Made by a program: the position numbers and the translations under genes. Below are positions 7,814 through 16,587 of a DNA stretch of 64,000 nucleotides, in pieces. Each line of letters starts with the position of its first letter. Position 1 is the stretch's first letter. Location: the IMG/VR virus record IMGVR_UViG_3300028840_008157; one strand, written 5' to 3'. Under the pieces are notes generated by a model. That model did no database searches, was not told where the DNA came from, and worked only from the letters and a program-made list of their open reading frames with translations. The DNA comes from a virus. Its lineage: Duplodnaviria > Heunggongvirae > Uroviricota > Caudoviricetes.

Positions 7814-10800
7814 ATGAGTTCTCAGCCGATGATCCGTAGCAGGTGGCGTAGGACCGGCGGGTTCGTGGTCCCCGAGCCGGAGAACCCCAAGATCCTGAGG
7901 CCGGGGCAGAGGCGGGGGTTCGACGCCCTTGCGTCCGGGAACGGGAGCGCGCCGAGGAACATCATCCTCAACGCCGCCACCGGATGGGGCAAGTCGTTGC
8001 TCATCAAGGCCATAACGATCCGGGTACTTACCTCCCATCCCGAGGTCAGGGCTCTGATCGCCGTCCCCCAGACGGTCATCGGGGCGAACTTCGGGGCCGA
8101 GGAGTTGGATGTTCCCGGGGTCGGACACGTTAGTTGGTTTCCCAGGCAGTTGTGCGGTCCGTGCGACGACAGCAAGGTGGAGGCGCTTAAGGGGTTCCTG
8201 CGCGCCCGCTCGAAGGTATTGGGGACGGACGTCAACAGCAACGTCATGGTATGCTCGCACGCGACCATCGTCAAGGCGTTCAATTCCTGCACGCCGGTCG
8301 AGAGGGAGTACTTGTTCCGGGACGTGATGATCTGGTTCGACGAGGCGCATCACGTCCAGAACGCGGAGTCGACGGTAGGCTTGACCGTCCGGAACGAGGC
8401 CGGCAAGCTGATCGACTTCCTGCTGGATCACGGGGAGCGCGTCGGCCTCGCCACGGCGACGTTCTTCAGGGGAGACCGGACGGGATTATTGTCGCCGGAG
8501 CAGGCGCGTCAGTTCACGCGGTTCGACTTCCCGTACGACGAGTACCTGTCGGGGATGAAGTACCTGAAGGGGTTCGACCTGGACTTCGTCCCGTGCGGGC
8601 TGGACTTCGTCCCGGCGATCGAGTCGATCGCCAAGGACGAGATTCGCAAGGACATCGTGTTCGTCCCGCCTACGCAGACGCTCTCGCCGAAGCACCGGAT
8701 GGGGAAACGGGAATGCGTCAGGAGGATCGTGGAGTCGTACAGGAAGGCGTTCGGCGGCCAGGTCAGGAGGGGGCCGGTCTTCATCGACATAGTGAACGAG
8801 GGGCGCAGGCTGCGGATCATCGACATGGTCGACGAGCGCAACCGGGAGAAGAAGAAGGCGTACATCAACGGGATCAAGAGGTTGCCGCCAGAGGAACGGG
8901 CCGGGGCTTTGGACGTCATCATCGCCATGAACACGTTCAAGGAGGGGGCCGACTGGCCGTGGGCGGACCGGGCCATCGTGGTCGGCTTGCGGAAGTCCCT
9001 GGTGGAAAACGTCCAGATCGTCGGGCGCCTGCTCAGGGACGTCCCCGGCAAGGAGCACGTGGTCCTCAAGCAATTGCTCCCGTTCGCGGCGACCAAGGAC
9101 GAGTCCAAGCTGCGCGGGCTCCTCAACGACCACGTCAACGCGGTCTGCCTGACGATGCTGATGGAGGACGTGATCAAGCCGGTCCGGATCAGGGTCTCGA
9201 TCCCCGGGACGTCGGGGACGACGAGCTTGGCGCGTGACTGGCTCGCGGAGTCTCTCTCGGACGAGAACGACCAGCTCTCCGTCATGACCGAGGCCATGGC
9301 CGCGCTCAACTCGATCTTCGACGAGGACGGGTTGACCGGGCAGAAGGCGTTCGACGAGTTCGTTAAGAGACTTGAGGTGATTCTGGAGGTCCATGGCGGA
9401 GCGACTTGCCACGTCCGGGAGATAGGGGCCAAGATATGGGCCAGTGGCGTCCGCAAGGGCGTCGACGAGCGGACGCTCGAGGGTTTCACGTTCGAGCAGC
9501 TCGTCGAGCGGAACCCCGTGGACGGCCTGAAGGGATGGGTGGCCCACCTGGGGTTCAAGTCCCTGAAGGAGATCGCCAGGGCGTGGAAGGCACATCAGGC
9601 GGCCGAGAACAAGCGCAAGCTGCTGGCGATGCCCAGGGGTTGCAAGAGACCCAGTTCAAAAACGACCGTTCTTGGCGCGTGTTTGGCGTCATATACAAGA
9701 AAGTCATCTTCTTCCTATGATCCAGAATTCGACAAGGCCATCAGGAAGAAGCAACCAGGATGGTTCGTAAACCCGGCTGACGAGGCAAAAAGAAAACTAC
9801 TCGAAATGCCTACCGGAAGCGAGAAACCACATACGAAAGGTAATCCAGGTTATGCCTTGAATTACTGCAACAAGAACCACCCGCGTTATGATGCCGCTTT
9901 TCACGAAAAGCTCCAGGTCAAGCACCCAGGATGGTTTGTCTCGAAAAAAAGAATCCTCCTCGAAATGCCCATTGGCAGTAAGAAGCCCCATCATAAAACG
10001 TCTTTGGGGATTGCTCTCAGATGTTATGTTCAAAAAGGCAATACTTCCTATGATGCAGAGTTTGACAGGGACATCAGGGAGAAGCATCCTGATTGGTGGG
10101 AAAAACCACAAGACAAGACCAAGCAAACATTGATGGATTTTCCCGTCGGGCATGAAAGACCAAAAGGATCGACTAAATTAGGGGCCGCTCTCTCTCGTTA
10201 CACTACGCGAAAATCCGATTGTTATGACTCCGAATTCGACAAATCCATACGTAACAGGCAGCCGGGATGGTTTCCTCGATGCGAAATTAAGCAAGAGCTT
10301 CTCGCAATGCCGAAAAAGGGGGGAAAACCTTTTACTCGAAAAGGAAGAGACGCGAGGCTAGGTCGTGCCCTTTATCGGTATACGACTAAGACGCATAAAG
10401 ATTACGATCCCGTTTTCGACAAAGCCATCAGGGCAAAACATCCGGAATGGTTTCAAAAATCATCCGACAAGACCAAACGGCAGTTGCTTGGACTTCCTCC
10501 GAACAGCCATGTTCCTTCGGGGAAGGCCAATTGTTTGCGTACATATACAACGAAGTCACATAAATATTATGATGCTTCCTTCGATGAGAAAATAAGGAAA
10601 AAACAACCCCAGTGGTTCTTCAACAAAGTCCAAGAGAAGAAACGCCTGTTGCTCGAATTGCCTCTTGCTGCGCCAAGACCACAACGTGGTACCGACATGG
10701 GGGAAAACTTGGCGAGATATACAAGGCGCGGGTCGTCATCTTATGATGAGAAGTTCCACGAGAAGGCCAAAAGAAGATTTCCACAATGGTTTCGAAATGC

Positions 10801-11344
10801 TGACAAAACCAAAAAACTCCTCCTGGAGATGCCGCCTGGGTGCGAAAGACCGTCCCTCAAGGCCATATCCGCGGCTCTTTCGTCATATACAAGATTAAAG
10901 TCTCCTTGTTACGACGCCGACTTCGACAGGAAAATCCGCGCCCGGCAACCCCAGTGGTTTGTCAACACCGCCGAGGAGAACAAGCGAAAGCTCCTCGAAA
11001 TGCCCATCGGTTCCAAGAAACCACACGTTCAAACCCTGCTCGGAAGCGCGCTCCGTCGATATACGATGCCCGGTCGCGGTGGCGGTAGTTACGACCCCGG
11101 CTTCACCAAGAAAATCCGCGAACGCCAGCCCCAATGGTTCGTCACTCTGACGGCCTCAAACAAACAAAAGCTCCTCGAAATGCCCGTCGGTTCCAAGAAA
11201 CCACACGTTCAAACCCTGCTCGGAAGCGCGCTCCGTCGATATACGGTTCCGGGTATCGTTGGCAGTAGTTACGACGCGGACTTCGACAGGAAGATCAGGA
11301 AACGCCATCCCCAATGGTTCCCCCAGCGGAGGAAGCGAAAATGA
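7814..11344 (+). CDS. SF2 (DEAH-box) helicase/ATPase with ten C-terminal roughly 58-aa repeats
   Basis: Walker A ATGWGKS, Walker B FDEAHH, motif III ATAT, FKEGADWP, QIVGRLLR; ten repeats ending PxW[FW]. Confidence 0.9.
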   Translation: MSSQPMIRSRWRRTGGFVVPEPENPKILRPGQRRGFDALASGNGSAPRNIILNAATGWGKSLLIKAITIRVLTSHPEVRALIAVPQTVIGANFGAEELDVPGVGHVSWFPRQLCGPCDDSKVEALKGFLRARSKVLGTDVNSNVMVCSHATIVKAFNSCTPVEREYLFRDVMIWFDEAHHVQNAESTVGLTVRNEAGKLIDFLLDHGERVGLATATFFRGDRTGLLSPEQARQFTRFDFPYDEYLSGMKYLKGFDLDFVPCGLDFVPAIESIAKDEIRKDIVFVPPTQTLSPKHRMGKRECVRRIVESYRKAFGGQVRRGPVFIDIVNEGRRLRIIDMVDERNREKKKAYINGIKRLPPEERAGALDVIIAMNTFKEGADWPWADRAIVVGLRKSLVENVQIVGRLLRDVPGKEHVVLKQLLPFAATKDESKLRGLLNDHVNAVCLTMLMEDVIKPVRIRVSIPGTSGTTSLARDWLAESLSDENDQLSVMTEAMAALNSIFDEDGLTGQKAFDEFVKRLEVILEVHGGATCHVREIGAKIWASGVRKGVDERTLEGFTFEQLVERNPVDGLKGWVAHLGFKSLKEIARAWKAHQAAENKRKLLAMPRGCKRPSSKTTVLGACLASYTRKSSSSYDPEFDKAIRKKQPGWFVNPADEAKRKLLEMPTGSEKPHTKGNPGYALNYCNKNHPRYDAAFHEKLQVKHPGWFVSKKRILLEMPIGSKKPHHKTSLGIALRCYVQKGNTSYDAEFDRDIREKHPDWWEKPQDKTKQTLMDFPVGHERPKGSTKLGAALSRYTTRKSDCYDSEFDKSIRNRQPGWFPRCEIKQELLAMPKKGGKPFTRKGRDARLGRALYRYTTKTHKDYDPVFDKAIRAKHPEWFQKSSDKTKRQLLGLPPNSHVPSGKANCLRTYTTKSHKYYDASFDEKIRKKQPQWFFNKVQEKKRLLLELPLAAPRPQRGTDMGENLARYTRRGSSSYDEKFHEKAKRRFPQWFRNADKTKKLLLEMPPGCERPSLKAISAALSSYTRLKSPCYDADFDRKIRARQPQWFVNTAEENKRKLLEMPIGSKKPHVQTLLGSALRRYTMPGRGGGSYDPGFTKKIRERQPQWFVTLTASNKQKLLEMPVGSKKPHVQTLLGSALRRYTVPGIVGSSYDADFDRKIRKRHPQWFPQRRKRK
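10987..11245. repeat. near-identical 79-bp direct repeats, 180-bp period
   Basis: 10987-11065 vs 11167-11245 differ at one base (ATC vs GTC). Confidence 0.9.
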
Positions 11345-11991
11345 AGGCACTCGCCATGGACTGGTCGTGCCGGAAGAAGACCACGGCGCGCCGGGAGACC
11401 ATCATCGAGCCCTTCCGGGAGGTCATGGGCGAGCGCCTCGACCGGTCCTTCCAGTACTGGACCATGTGCGGGAAGTGCTTCGCCGAGGACGGATCGCCGT
11501 TGCCGGGTTGCGAGCTGGACCAGGTCGTCGAGGCGCGGCTGGTCGACCCGGAGCAGTTCGTCGGGGTCGACGTCGACCCGGCGGTCGTCGAGGGGAACGC
11601 CAGGGCGTGGCCCGGGGTCAGGTGGCTCTGCGACGACTTCTACACGGCCATGCTATCCGCGACGTCGGACCGGTCCTTCAACCCCGGCATCGTGAACTGC
11701 GACACCCCGTTTCGGGTAGAGCGCGGAGCGAGGGCCATGGGCAACATCATGATCCTTCTTAACTCCCACGCCAGGAACGACGTCATGCTGGTCGCCAACG
11801 TCGTCGGGGCCGTCAAGTACTACGGTTACGAGTCCGACCCGATGAGCGTCCTTTCGGAGAACGAGGCATTCAGGTGGGCTTGGCAACACGGAAAGTGGGA
11901 ATTCTACAAGGACGCCGTTTACGAGTATCAGGGGTCGGGGACGAACGACCTGACCACGATGTGTAGCCTCGTCTTCTTCAAGAAGGCCTAG
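11341..11991 (+). CDS. hypothetical protein, possibly SAM-dependent methyltransferase-like fold
   Basis: ATGA-coupled to the helicase; FVGVDVDPAVVEGN...WLCDDF...IVNCD resembles Rossmann MTase motifs. Confidence 0.6.
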   Translation: MKALAMDWSCRKKTTARRETIIEPFREVMGERLDRSFQYWTMCGKCFAEDGSPLPGCELDQVVEARLVDPEQFVGVDVDPAVVEGNARAWPGVRWLCDDFYTAMLSATSDRSFNPGIVNCDTPFRVERGARAMGNIMILLNSHARNDVMLVANVVGAVKYYGYESDPMSVLSENEAFRWAWQHGKWEFYKDAVYEYQGSGTNDLTTMCSLVFFKKA

Positions 11992-12410
11992 TCGAACAAC
12001 CCCAATCGCTGGTTGAAGTCGACGATCCTGAAGGCGTAGCCGGACGGGTCGGGCGCCTCGGGGAAGAGGCTCTTGTACTCGGGCAGGTTGGCGAGCGCCT
12101 CCGGGTGGAAGTGCGCCTTGGCCTCGGCCCTGGCTAGATCCGCGACCTCCTCCGGGAACACGTCTGGGGCGCCGATGGAGACGATGATCTTTCGCGCCGC
12201 GTCGTCGACCTCGCATCTCCCGGTGATCGCCTGGGCGCGGCCGGGCGGGTTGACGTCCTTGAACGTGTGGGCGCCCCTCAGGCCTCCCATGCCGACGTGG
12301 AACGACCCCCGGTCGGGGTCGAGCCACCAGATCATGGAATGCATCGTGTCGGTGTTGGGGTCGTGTCCGACGTCCAGGTAGTCCCTGTATGCCCTTCGAT
12401 ACCACCTCAT
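11988..12410 (-). CDS. stand-alone copy of the GH-PNT / GRCEVDD domain
   Basis: MRWYRRA leader; paralogous to three domains of 16584-19061. Confidence 0.85.
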   Translation of the reverse strand: MRWYRRAYRDYLDVGHDPNTDTMHSMIWWLDPDRGSFHVGMGGLRGAHTFKDVNPPGRAQAITGRCEVDDAARKIIVSIGAPDVFPEEVADLARAEAKAHFHPEALANLPEYKSLFPEAPDPSGYAFRIVDFNQRLGLFD

Positions 12411-12445
12411 GAGGTCTGGTTGGGCGCGAGCGGGGGAAATACCTG

Positions 12446-12697
12446 CTACGTCGTACCGCGATCATGAACCGAATCCCAGATGGGCCCGACGAGTTCGACC
12501 CCGAACGAGTTGGGGGAGAGCGACGAGGCGGTCGGGGCCGTGAGCGTGACGAACGAGGAGGGGCCGAAACCGTAGGCCAGGGTTTCGGCGCCGTCCTCGG
12601 CCGTTCCGAGCCCCATGGCGAAGGACGAGAACTCCCTGAGTCCCGCGTCCGACAGGTTCGAGCGGAACTGGAACTTGGTGATCTTGAGGGCTTTCAT
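12446..12697 (-). CDS. hypothetical protein
   Basis: Member of an ATGA-coupled minus-strand chain. Confidence 0.5.
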   Translation of the reverse strand: MKALKITKFQFRSNLSDAGLREFSSFAMGLGTAEDGAETLAYGFGPSSFVTLTAPTASSLSPNSFGVELVGPIWDSVHDRGTT

Positions 12698-12882
12698 GAT
12701 CTTATTTTCCTGATCACCTCCACGTATTCATGCATGATCCACTTCGCGGGCCGCGATCCGATGGGGGACAGCATCTTCTCGATGACCTTTAGGCCGACGC
12801 CCTGCGGAACGGCCTTGGCTAGCTTCATGGCGATCGTCGAGCCGTAGTACATCTTGGCGGCGTGGTCGAGCTGCTGTCTCAT
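12694..12882 (-). CDS. hypothetical protein
   Basis: ATGA-coupled chain. Confidence 0.5.
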   Translation of the reverse strand: MRQQLDHAAKMYYGSTIAMKLAKAVPQGVGLKVIEKMLSPIGSRPAKWIMHEYVEVIRKIRS

Positions 12883-13091
12883 TTCGTCGGCCTCCCATGC
12901 CTATATTTGCCCCACAATGCGGCGTTGGAACGCATGAGGTCGCGGAACCAGCGGTTGCTGGCCCTGGAGGGGACGTCGAGCAGCGCCGTCTCCTGGTTCT
13001 TCTTGTCGGTCCCGACCATGATGAAGTGGGCGGTGTTCGGGCCGTTGTCGTCGGAGATGCCCATCATCCGGATTTCGATGTTGCGCCTCAT
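12879..13091 (-). CDS. hypothetical protein
   Basis: GGAGG SD; MRRNIEIRM start. Confidence 0.5.
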   Translation of the reverse strand: MRRNIEIRMMGISDDNGPNTAHFIMVGTDKKNQETALLDVPSRASNRWFRDLMRSNAALWGKYRHGRPTK

Positions 13092-13267
13092 CGTTCCGTC
13101 CTCCTGTGGTCGATGGTCCAGCGCCACCATCCGCGGATGACGACGTCACGGTTTTCCTTGGGCATCATTCGCAAGGAAGCCTTCGCCACGACCACCGATC
13201 TGATGTCGACGCGACCCATGTCGCCGACCTGCCTGGCGAGCATGGTCTCCAGCTCCAGCGGTCTCAT
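13088..13267 (-). CDS. hypothetical protein
   Basis: GGAG SD; MRPLELETM start; ATGA overlaps. Confidence 0.45.
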   Translation of the reverse strand: MRPLELETMLARQVGDMGRVDIRSVVVAKASLRMMPKENRDVVIRGWWRWTIDHRRTER

Positions 13268-13542
13268 GTCGCTCTCCGAATCCAATCCAATCCAAGCAGG
13301 GGTTCTCGTCCCACCCATAACGGCGAGGCGTTCCCGAACTCCTCCGTTATGGCGCCCCACGGGCGCCGCATGGCGATGGCGTATGTGGTGAACGCGAGTT
13401 CCGCCGGGGAGCCGTGGATGACGTGGGAATCCCAGGAACCTCGACCGGGGCGCGGCTGGCCCGCCTGCCGGAACAAGTCCATGCGCGGTTCGCATGCACG
13501 CGAGGCGTCGCGGATCATCCCGCGCCAGGGGACCTCGTTCAT
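13264..13542 (-). CDS. hypothetical protein
   Basis: MNEVPWRGM start; ATGA overlaps. Confidence 0.45.
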   Translation of the reverse strand: MNEVPWRGMIRDASRACEPRMDLFRQAGQPRPGRGSWDSHVIHGSPAELAFTTYAIAMRRPWGAITEEFGNASPLWVGREPLLGLDWIRRAT

Positions 13543-13784
13543 GGCATCACCGTCCAGGCCGGGTGGGTGCCCTCGTCGATGGGCCTGCAATCAAAGGCTC
13601 GCGACATCATGGCGGGGTGGACGGACTCGTTGTGCGTCTCGACGCAGTGGTCGAACAGCTCGTACATGCTCGCGGCGGCGGCGCGCCACGTTGAGAGCAC
13701 CACGTCGGCGGATTCCGTCCCGACGCGTCTTCGCGCCTCTTGCTCGGGGTTCTTGACGAGCGCCAGGAACTTGTCTCGCTTCAC
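13539..13784 (-). CDS. hypothetical protein
   Basis: GGAGG SD; GTG start; coupled. Confidence 0.5.
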   Translation of the reverse strand: MKRDKFLALVKNPEQEARRRVGTESADVVLSTWRAAAASMYELFDHCVETHNESVHPAMMSRAFDCRPIDEGTHPAWTVMP

Positions 13785-14098
13785 GGCCTGTGTCCTCCCT
13801 TCTTGGGGATCCTGCGGCGCCACGCCTGACGGAGCCATCCCATGTAGGGGTCGCGACCGGCCTCCCACGCGGCGTCATCGGGGAAGCGGCCCTGCGGGAG
13901 ACGGTAGTTTCGAGTGGGGAAGTTCTCGTACAGGTCGTCCATGTCCTCAATGTCCAGCCGGGGGGGGCGACGCACTTTCCTGTAGGCCTCGCGCAGGGCC
14001 TCGTCGTCGCGCATCAGCCTGTTGTCCAAGTCCAAGAGCAACTGGTATATTTTCTCCCCGGCGACGGAGATCATCCTACCGGTCGGGAGCCTGGTCAT
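13781..14098 (-). CDS. hypothetical protein
   Basis: GGAGG SD; MTRLPTGRM start. Confidence 0.55.
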   Translation of the reverse strand: MTRLPTGRMISVAGEKIYQLLLDLDNRLMRDDEALREAYRKVRRPPRLDIEDMDDLYENFPTRNYRLPQGRFPDDAAWEAGRDPYMGWLRQAWRRRIPKKGGHRP

Positions 14099-14304
14099 TT
14101 CCCCTCCTCGTCTCCGACGAAGAACCGAGGCAACATGACGAGCTGGCCCCTCGAGATCATGCCCCGGATGGTCATCCCGTTGGCGGTCTTTTCCCTTGGC
14201 GGGGGAAAGGTCGCCTGGCAGCCATGGGCCAGGCAGAAGAACGCCCCGCATCGTGCGTCCCAAGACACGGAGGCGTTGCCGCAACGGGGGCAAGAATGGA
14301 TCAT
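14095..14304 (-). CDS. small zinc-ribbon protein
   Basis: CPRCG...FFCLAHGC. Confidence 0.6.
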   Translation of the reverse strand: MIHSCPRCGNASVSWDARCGAFFCLAHGCQATFPPPREKTANGMTIRGMISRGQLVMLPRFFVGDEEGK

Positions 14305-14326
14305 TCCAAGAACCCCCCTTCGTGGA

Positions 14327-14626
14327 TCACGCCCATTCGCTCCTCCTGAGTTCCTCGCGGTTGATGGAGTCGTCGAGGAACGCCAGCGCGACCGCCCGGA
14401 CGCCCTCGCCGTCGTCGTCGAACCCGTTCATGACGGAGTTGATGACGTGTTCCTTGACGAGATCGTCGAGGAGGCGCAGGAAGGGCTGCCTCCCGGAGAC
14501 GACGTTCGGCCCCATGGAGCTGATGATCCTGACGGCGTCGATGGGGGCGCTCGAGGTTAGGTTGCTGACGAGGAGCCCGTTGTGGCATGCCCGGAGCGAC
14601 GTCAGGTGAGGTTCGATTCGAGTCAT
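14327..14626 (-). CDS. hypothetical protein
   Basis: GAGGAG SD; coupled. Confidence 0.55.
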   Translation of the reverse strand: MTRIEPHLTSLRACHNGLLVSNLTSSAPIDAVRIISSMGPNVVSGRQPFLRLLDDLVKEHVINSVMNGFDDDGEGVRAVALAFLDDSINREELRRSEWA

Positions 14627-14847
14627 GCGTTGCTCCTCGGATGCGTTACGGCGATTTCAAGGACGTGTTCGTGGATGAAATCGGGCCAGTCCTGCTCGAA
14701 CAGCGCGTTCGTGATGAGCCAATCGTCTTTCGGCGAGGAGCCGATGATTCTCAGGGCCATGCCACGAATGACGACTTGTCCCCCTTTTGGGTCGAATATC
14801 CTCCTCGTGACGATCGAGACCATGAGTTGCCAGTCGACTTTCTTCAT
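14623..14847 (-). CDS. hypothetical protein
   Basis: GGAGG SD; ATGA overlap. Confidence 0.55.
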   Translation of the reverse strand: MKKVDWQLMVSIVTRRIFDPKGGQVVIRGMALRIIGSSPKDDWLITNALFEQDWPDFIHEHVLEIAVTHPRSNA

Positions 14848-15098
14848 TCGCCCGGCCTCCCCGCGATTAGCCCCGTGTACTTGCCCATGGCGTCATTAGC
14901 GGACCGGACGACGTAGTCGTTGATCATGTCGACCCACGGCTGGTCGAACGGGAGGGCTTCGGTGGTGACCATGCCCATGAAGCCGGGGCATTGTCCGATG
15001 AGCCTGAGGTGCATCCACCTCCACGCGACCTTCCCGATGCGCTTGTGGAGCTCCTTCTGGGCCTCGACGACGGGCCGTTGCCAGTGGACGATCCTCAT
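14844..15098 (-). CDS. hypothetical protein
   Basis: MRIVHWQRP start; ATGA overlap. Confidence 0.5.
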   Translation of the reverse strand: MRIVHWQRPVVEAQKELHKRIGKVAWRWMHLRLIGQCPGFMGMVTTEALPFDQPWVDMINDYVVRSANDAMGKYTGLIAGRPGE

Positions 15099-15343
15099 AT
15101 GTCGACCCCCTGGAGCCAAGCGCAGACCCGATCCTCGTGGAAACGCATGGTTCGCGTCGCGAGGGGGAAGTCGATGAACGAGTGGACCATCATGACGCGA
15201 CGCGGTTGCGAGACCGGGATTTTCAGGTCCTCGAAGACGTGGACGAACCACCAGTCGCCGCTTGCCGATGGAGACCGGAAGAGCGGCTTGGGCATCCTGC
15301 CCTGCGCGTCCTCGATGGTCTTGTGCCAGCGGATGGGGGTCAT
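15095..15343 (-). CDS. hypothetical protein
   Basis: MTPIRWHKT start; ATGA overlap. Confidence 0.5.
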   Translation of the reverse strand: MTPIRWHKTIEDAQGRMPKPLFRSPSASGDWWFVHVFEDLKIPVSQPRRVMMVHSFIDFPLATRTMRFHEDRVCAWLQGVDI

Positions 15344-15588
15344 TCGTCGGGCTCCCTTCCCGGGTCGTATCGTCCGGCCGCGTAGTCGAACTGCTCGTCC
15401 CTGACGGCGACGATCCAGGGGATCGCCCAGCCGCCCCGCGCCCTCCGGCGCAGGCTGATGGGGGACTGGTGTCCGTTGACTTTCCAGAAAGCCTCGTTGG
15501 AGGTTCCGAAGAGGATGGCCCGGAAAGCCTCCCCCGTGAGCGATCGCCACCACTCACAGACGGGGCGAATACGGCGGATCGCCCTCAT
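15340..15588 (-). CDS. hypothetical protein
   Basis: GGAGG SD; MRAIRRIRP start. Confidence 0.5.
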   Translation of the reverse strand: MRAIRRIRPVCEWWRSLTGEAFRAILFGTSNEAFWKVNGHQSPISLRRRARGGWAIPWIVAVRDEQFDYAAGRYDPGREPDE

Positions 15589-15806
15589 GACGACACCTCC
15601 CAGAATACTTCCTCGGCGTGGCTCGAGATGAGGAACAGGGGTTCCGCCAAGTCCTCCCAACGGTCGAAGATCGACGATCCAAATGAGAAGAGCGGCTTCC
15701 TCTTGCGCTGCCCGTCGTACTCCCCGTCGAATATCATGTAGTCGAGCCTCGCACTGATGCTCCTGGCCACGTACTCGAAGTTTAGGGACGGAGTGAAGGC
15801 GATCAT
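15585..15806 (-). CDS. hypothetical protein
   Basis: GGAGG SD; ATGA overlap. Confidence 0.55.
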   Translation of the reverse strand: MIAFTPSLNFEYVARSISARLDYMIFDGEYDGQRKRKPLFSFGSSIFDRWEDLAEPLFLISSHAEEVFWEVSS

Positions 15807-16132
15807 CGCCCCTCCTCCGCCAACGGGTTCGCGATGCCCATCGTCGCCCAGTTACGGGTGACGATGCCGAACTGGTCGGCGTCGATGGACGTCACCTCGA
15901 AGAAGGTGACGTCGCCCCTGATGGTCGTGGTTCGGTTAATCTTTCGCAGGCGCGGGTCGAGTCTTCTCGGGGGGTAGGGTGGACCACCACTCATGAAGAA
16001 CCACCCGTAAGGCCCCCCGTCTCGTCCCATCCTATGGTCGGCCTCCCTGTCGGCGTCTACGAACAGGGATTGCCATTCGACGACGCGTCTAAGTCGCAAC
16101 AAGACCTTCAGCCTGTTCAGGGCCAGCCCCAT
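15803..16132 (-). CDS. hypothetical protein (first gene of the chain)
   Basis: AGGAG SD; directly downstream of a promoter. Confidence 0.55.
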   Translation of the reverse strand: MGLALNRLKVLLRLRRVVEWQSLFVDADREADHRMGRDGGPYGWFFMSGGPPYPPRRLDPRLRKINRTTTIRGDVTFFEVTSIDADQFGIVTRNWATMGIANPLAEEGR

Positions 16133-16155
16133 GGGTTTCTCCTGCCCAGTTACAC

Positions 16156-16184
16156 ATGATACGACTAGATCGGGGGGCAGTCAA
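16156..16184 (-). promoter_or_regulatory. sigma70-like promoter
   Basis: TTGACT-17nt-TATCAT. Confidence 0.65.
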
Positions 16185-16200
16185 GTTGTAGCATGTAGGC

Positions 16201-16587
16201 ATGAGGGCGCTGGACATATACGTCAGGATGGATGACGGGAGCAGGGGCCCGTTGTTGGCGACGGGGTACGTCAGGCTGCTGGTGGGAGGTCGCGGCGCGT
16301 ACGTCGAGATCGACCCGTCGCAGCTCGAACGGGACCAGGTCGAGCCAGAGCCGGGCCAGGAGTACCGCTTGTCCGAGGAATGGCGCGAGAAGGCGTTCTA
16401 CGGATGGTATCGTACCAAGGCTGCCCACCGGAAGGTTTACGAGCAGTTCCGGCACGTGGGATACGCCGACTACGTCCCCGGGCTGTTCTACGTGAGCCCC
16501 GAGGACGTCGTCTTCGAGGGGGAGATGCACGTGGAGGTATCCAAGGCCCTCAGGAAGAAGCTAGAGGAGCCAAGCCTGGGCTTCTAG
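16201..16587 (+). CDS. hypothetical phage protein
   Basis: 128 aa; GYVRLLVGGRGAYVEI...KVYEQ..VGYADY.PG.FY. Confidence 0.7.
   Translation: MRALDIYVRMDDGSRGPLLATGYVRLLVGGRGAYVEIDPSQLERDQVEPEPGQEYRLSEEWREKAFYGWYRTKAAHRKVYEQFRHVGYADYVPGLFYVSPEDVVFEGEMHVEVSKALRKKLEEPSLGF

Noticed and set aside
7724-7816. Amber read-through fusing the RHH-repeat gene to the in-frame helicase
   Set aside because: The 87-nt spacer is in frame but contains an in-frame TGA at 7799-7801.
10987-11245. Diversity-generating retroelement TR/VR pair
   Set aside because: Both copies are in-frame coding repeats with a single difference, and no reverse transcriptase is in the window.
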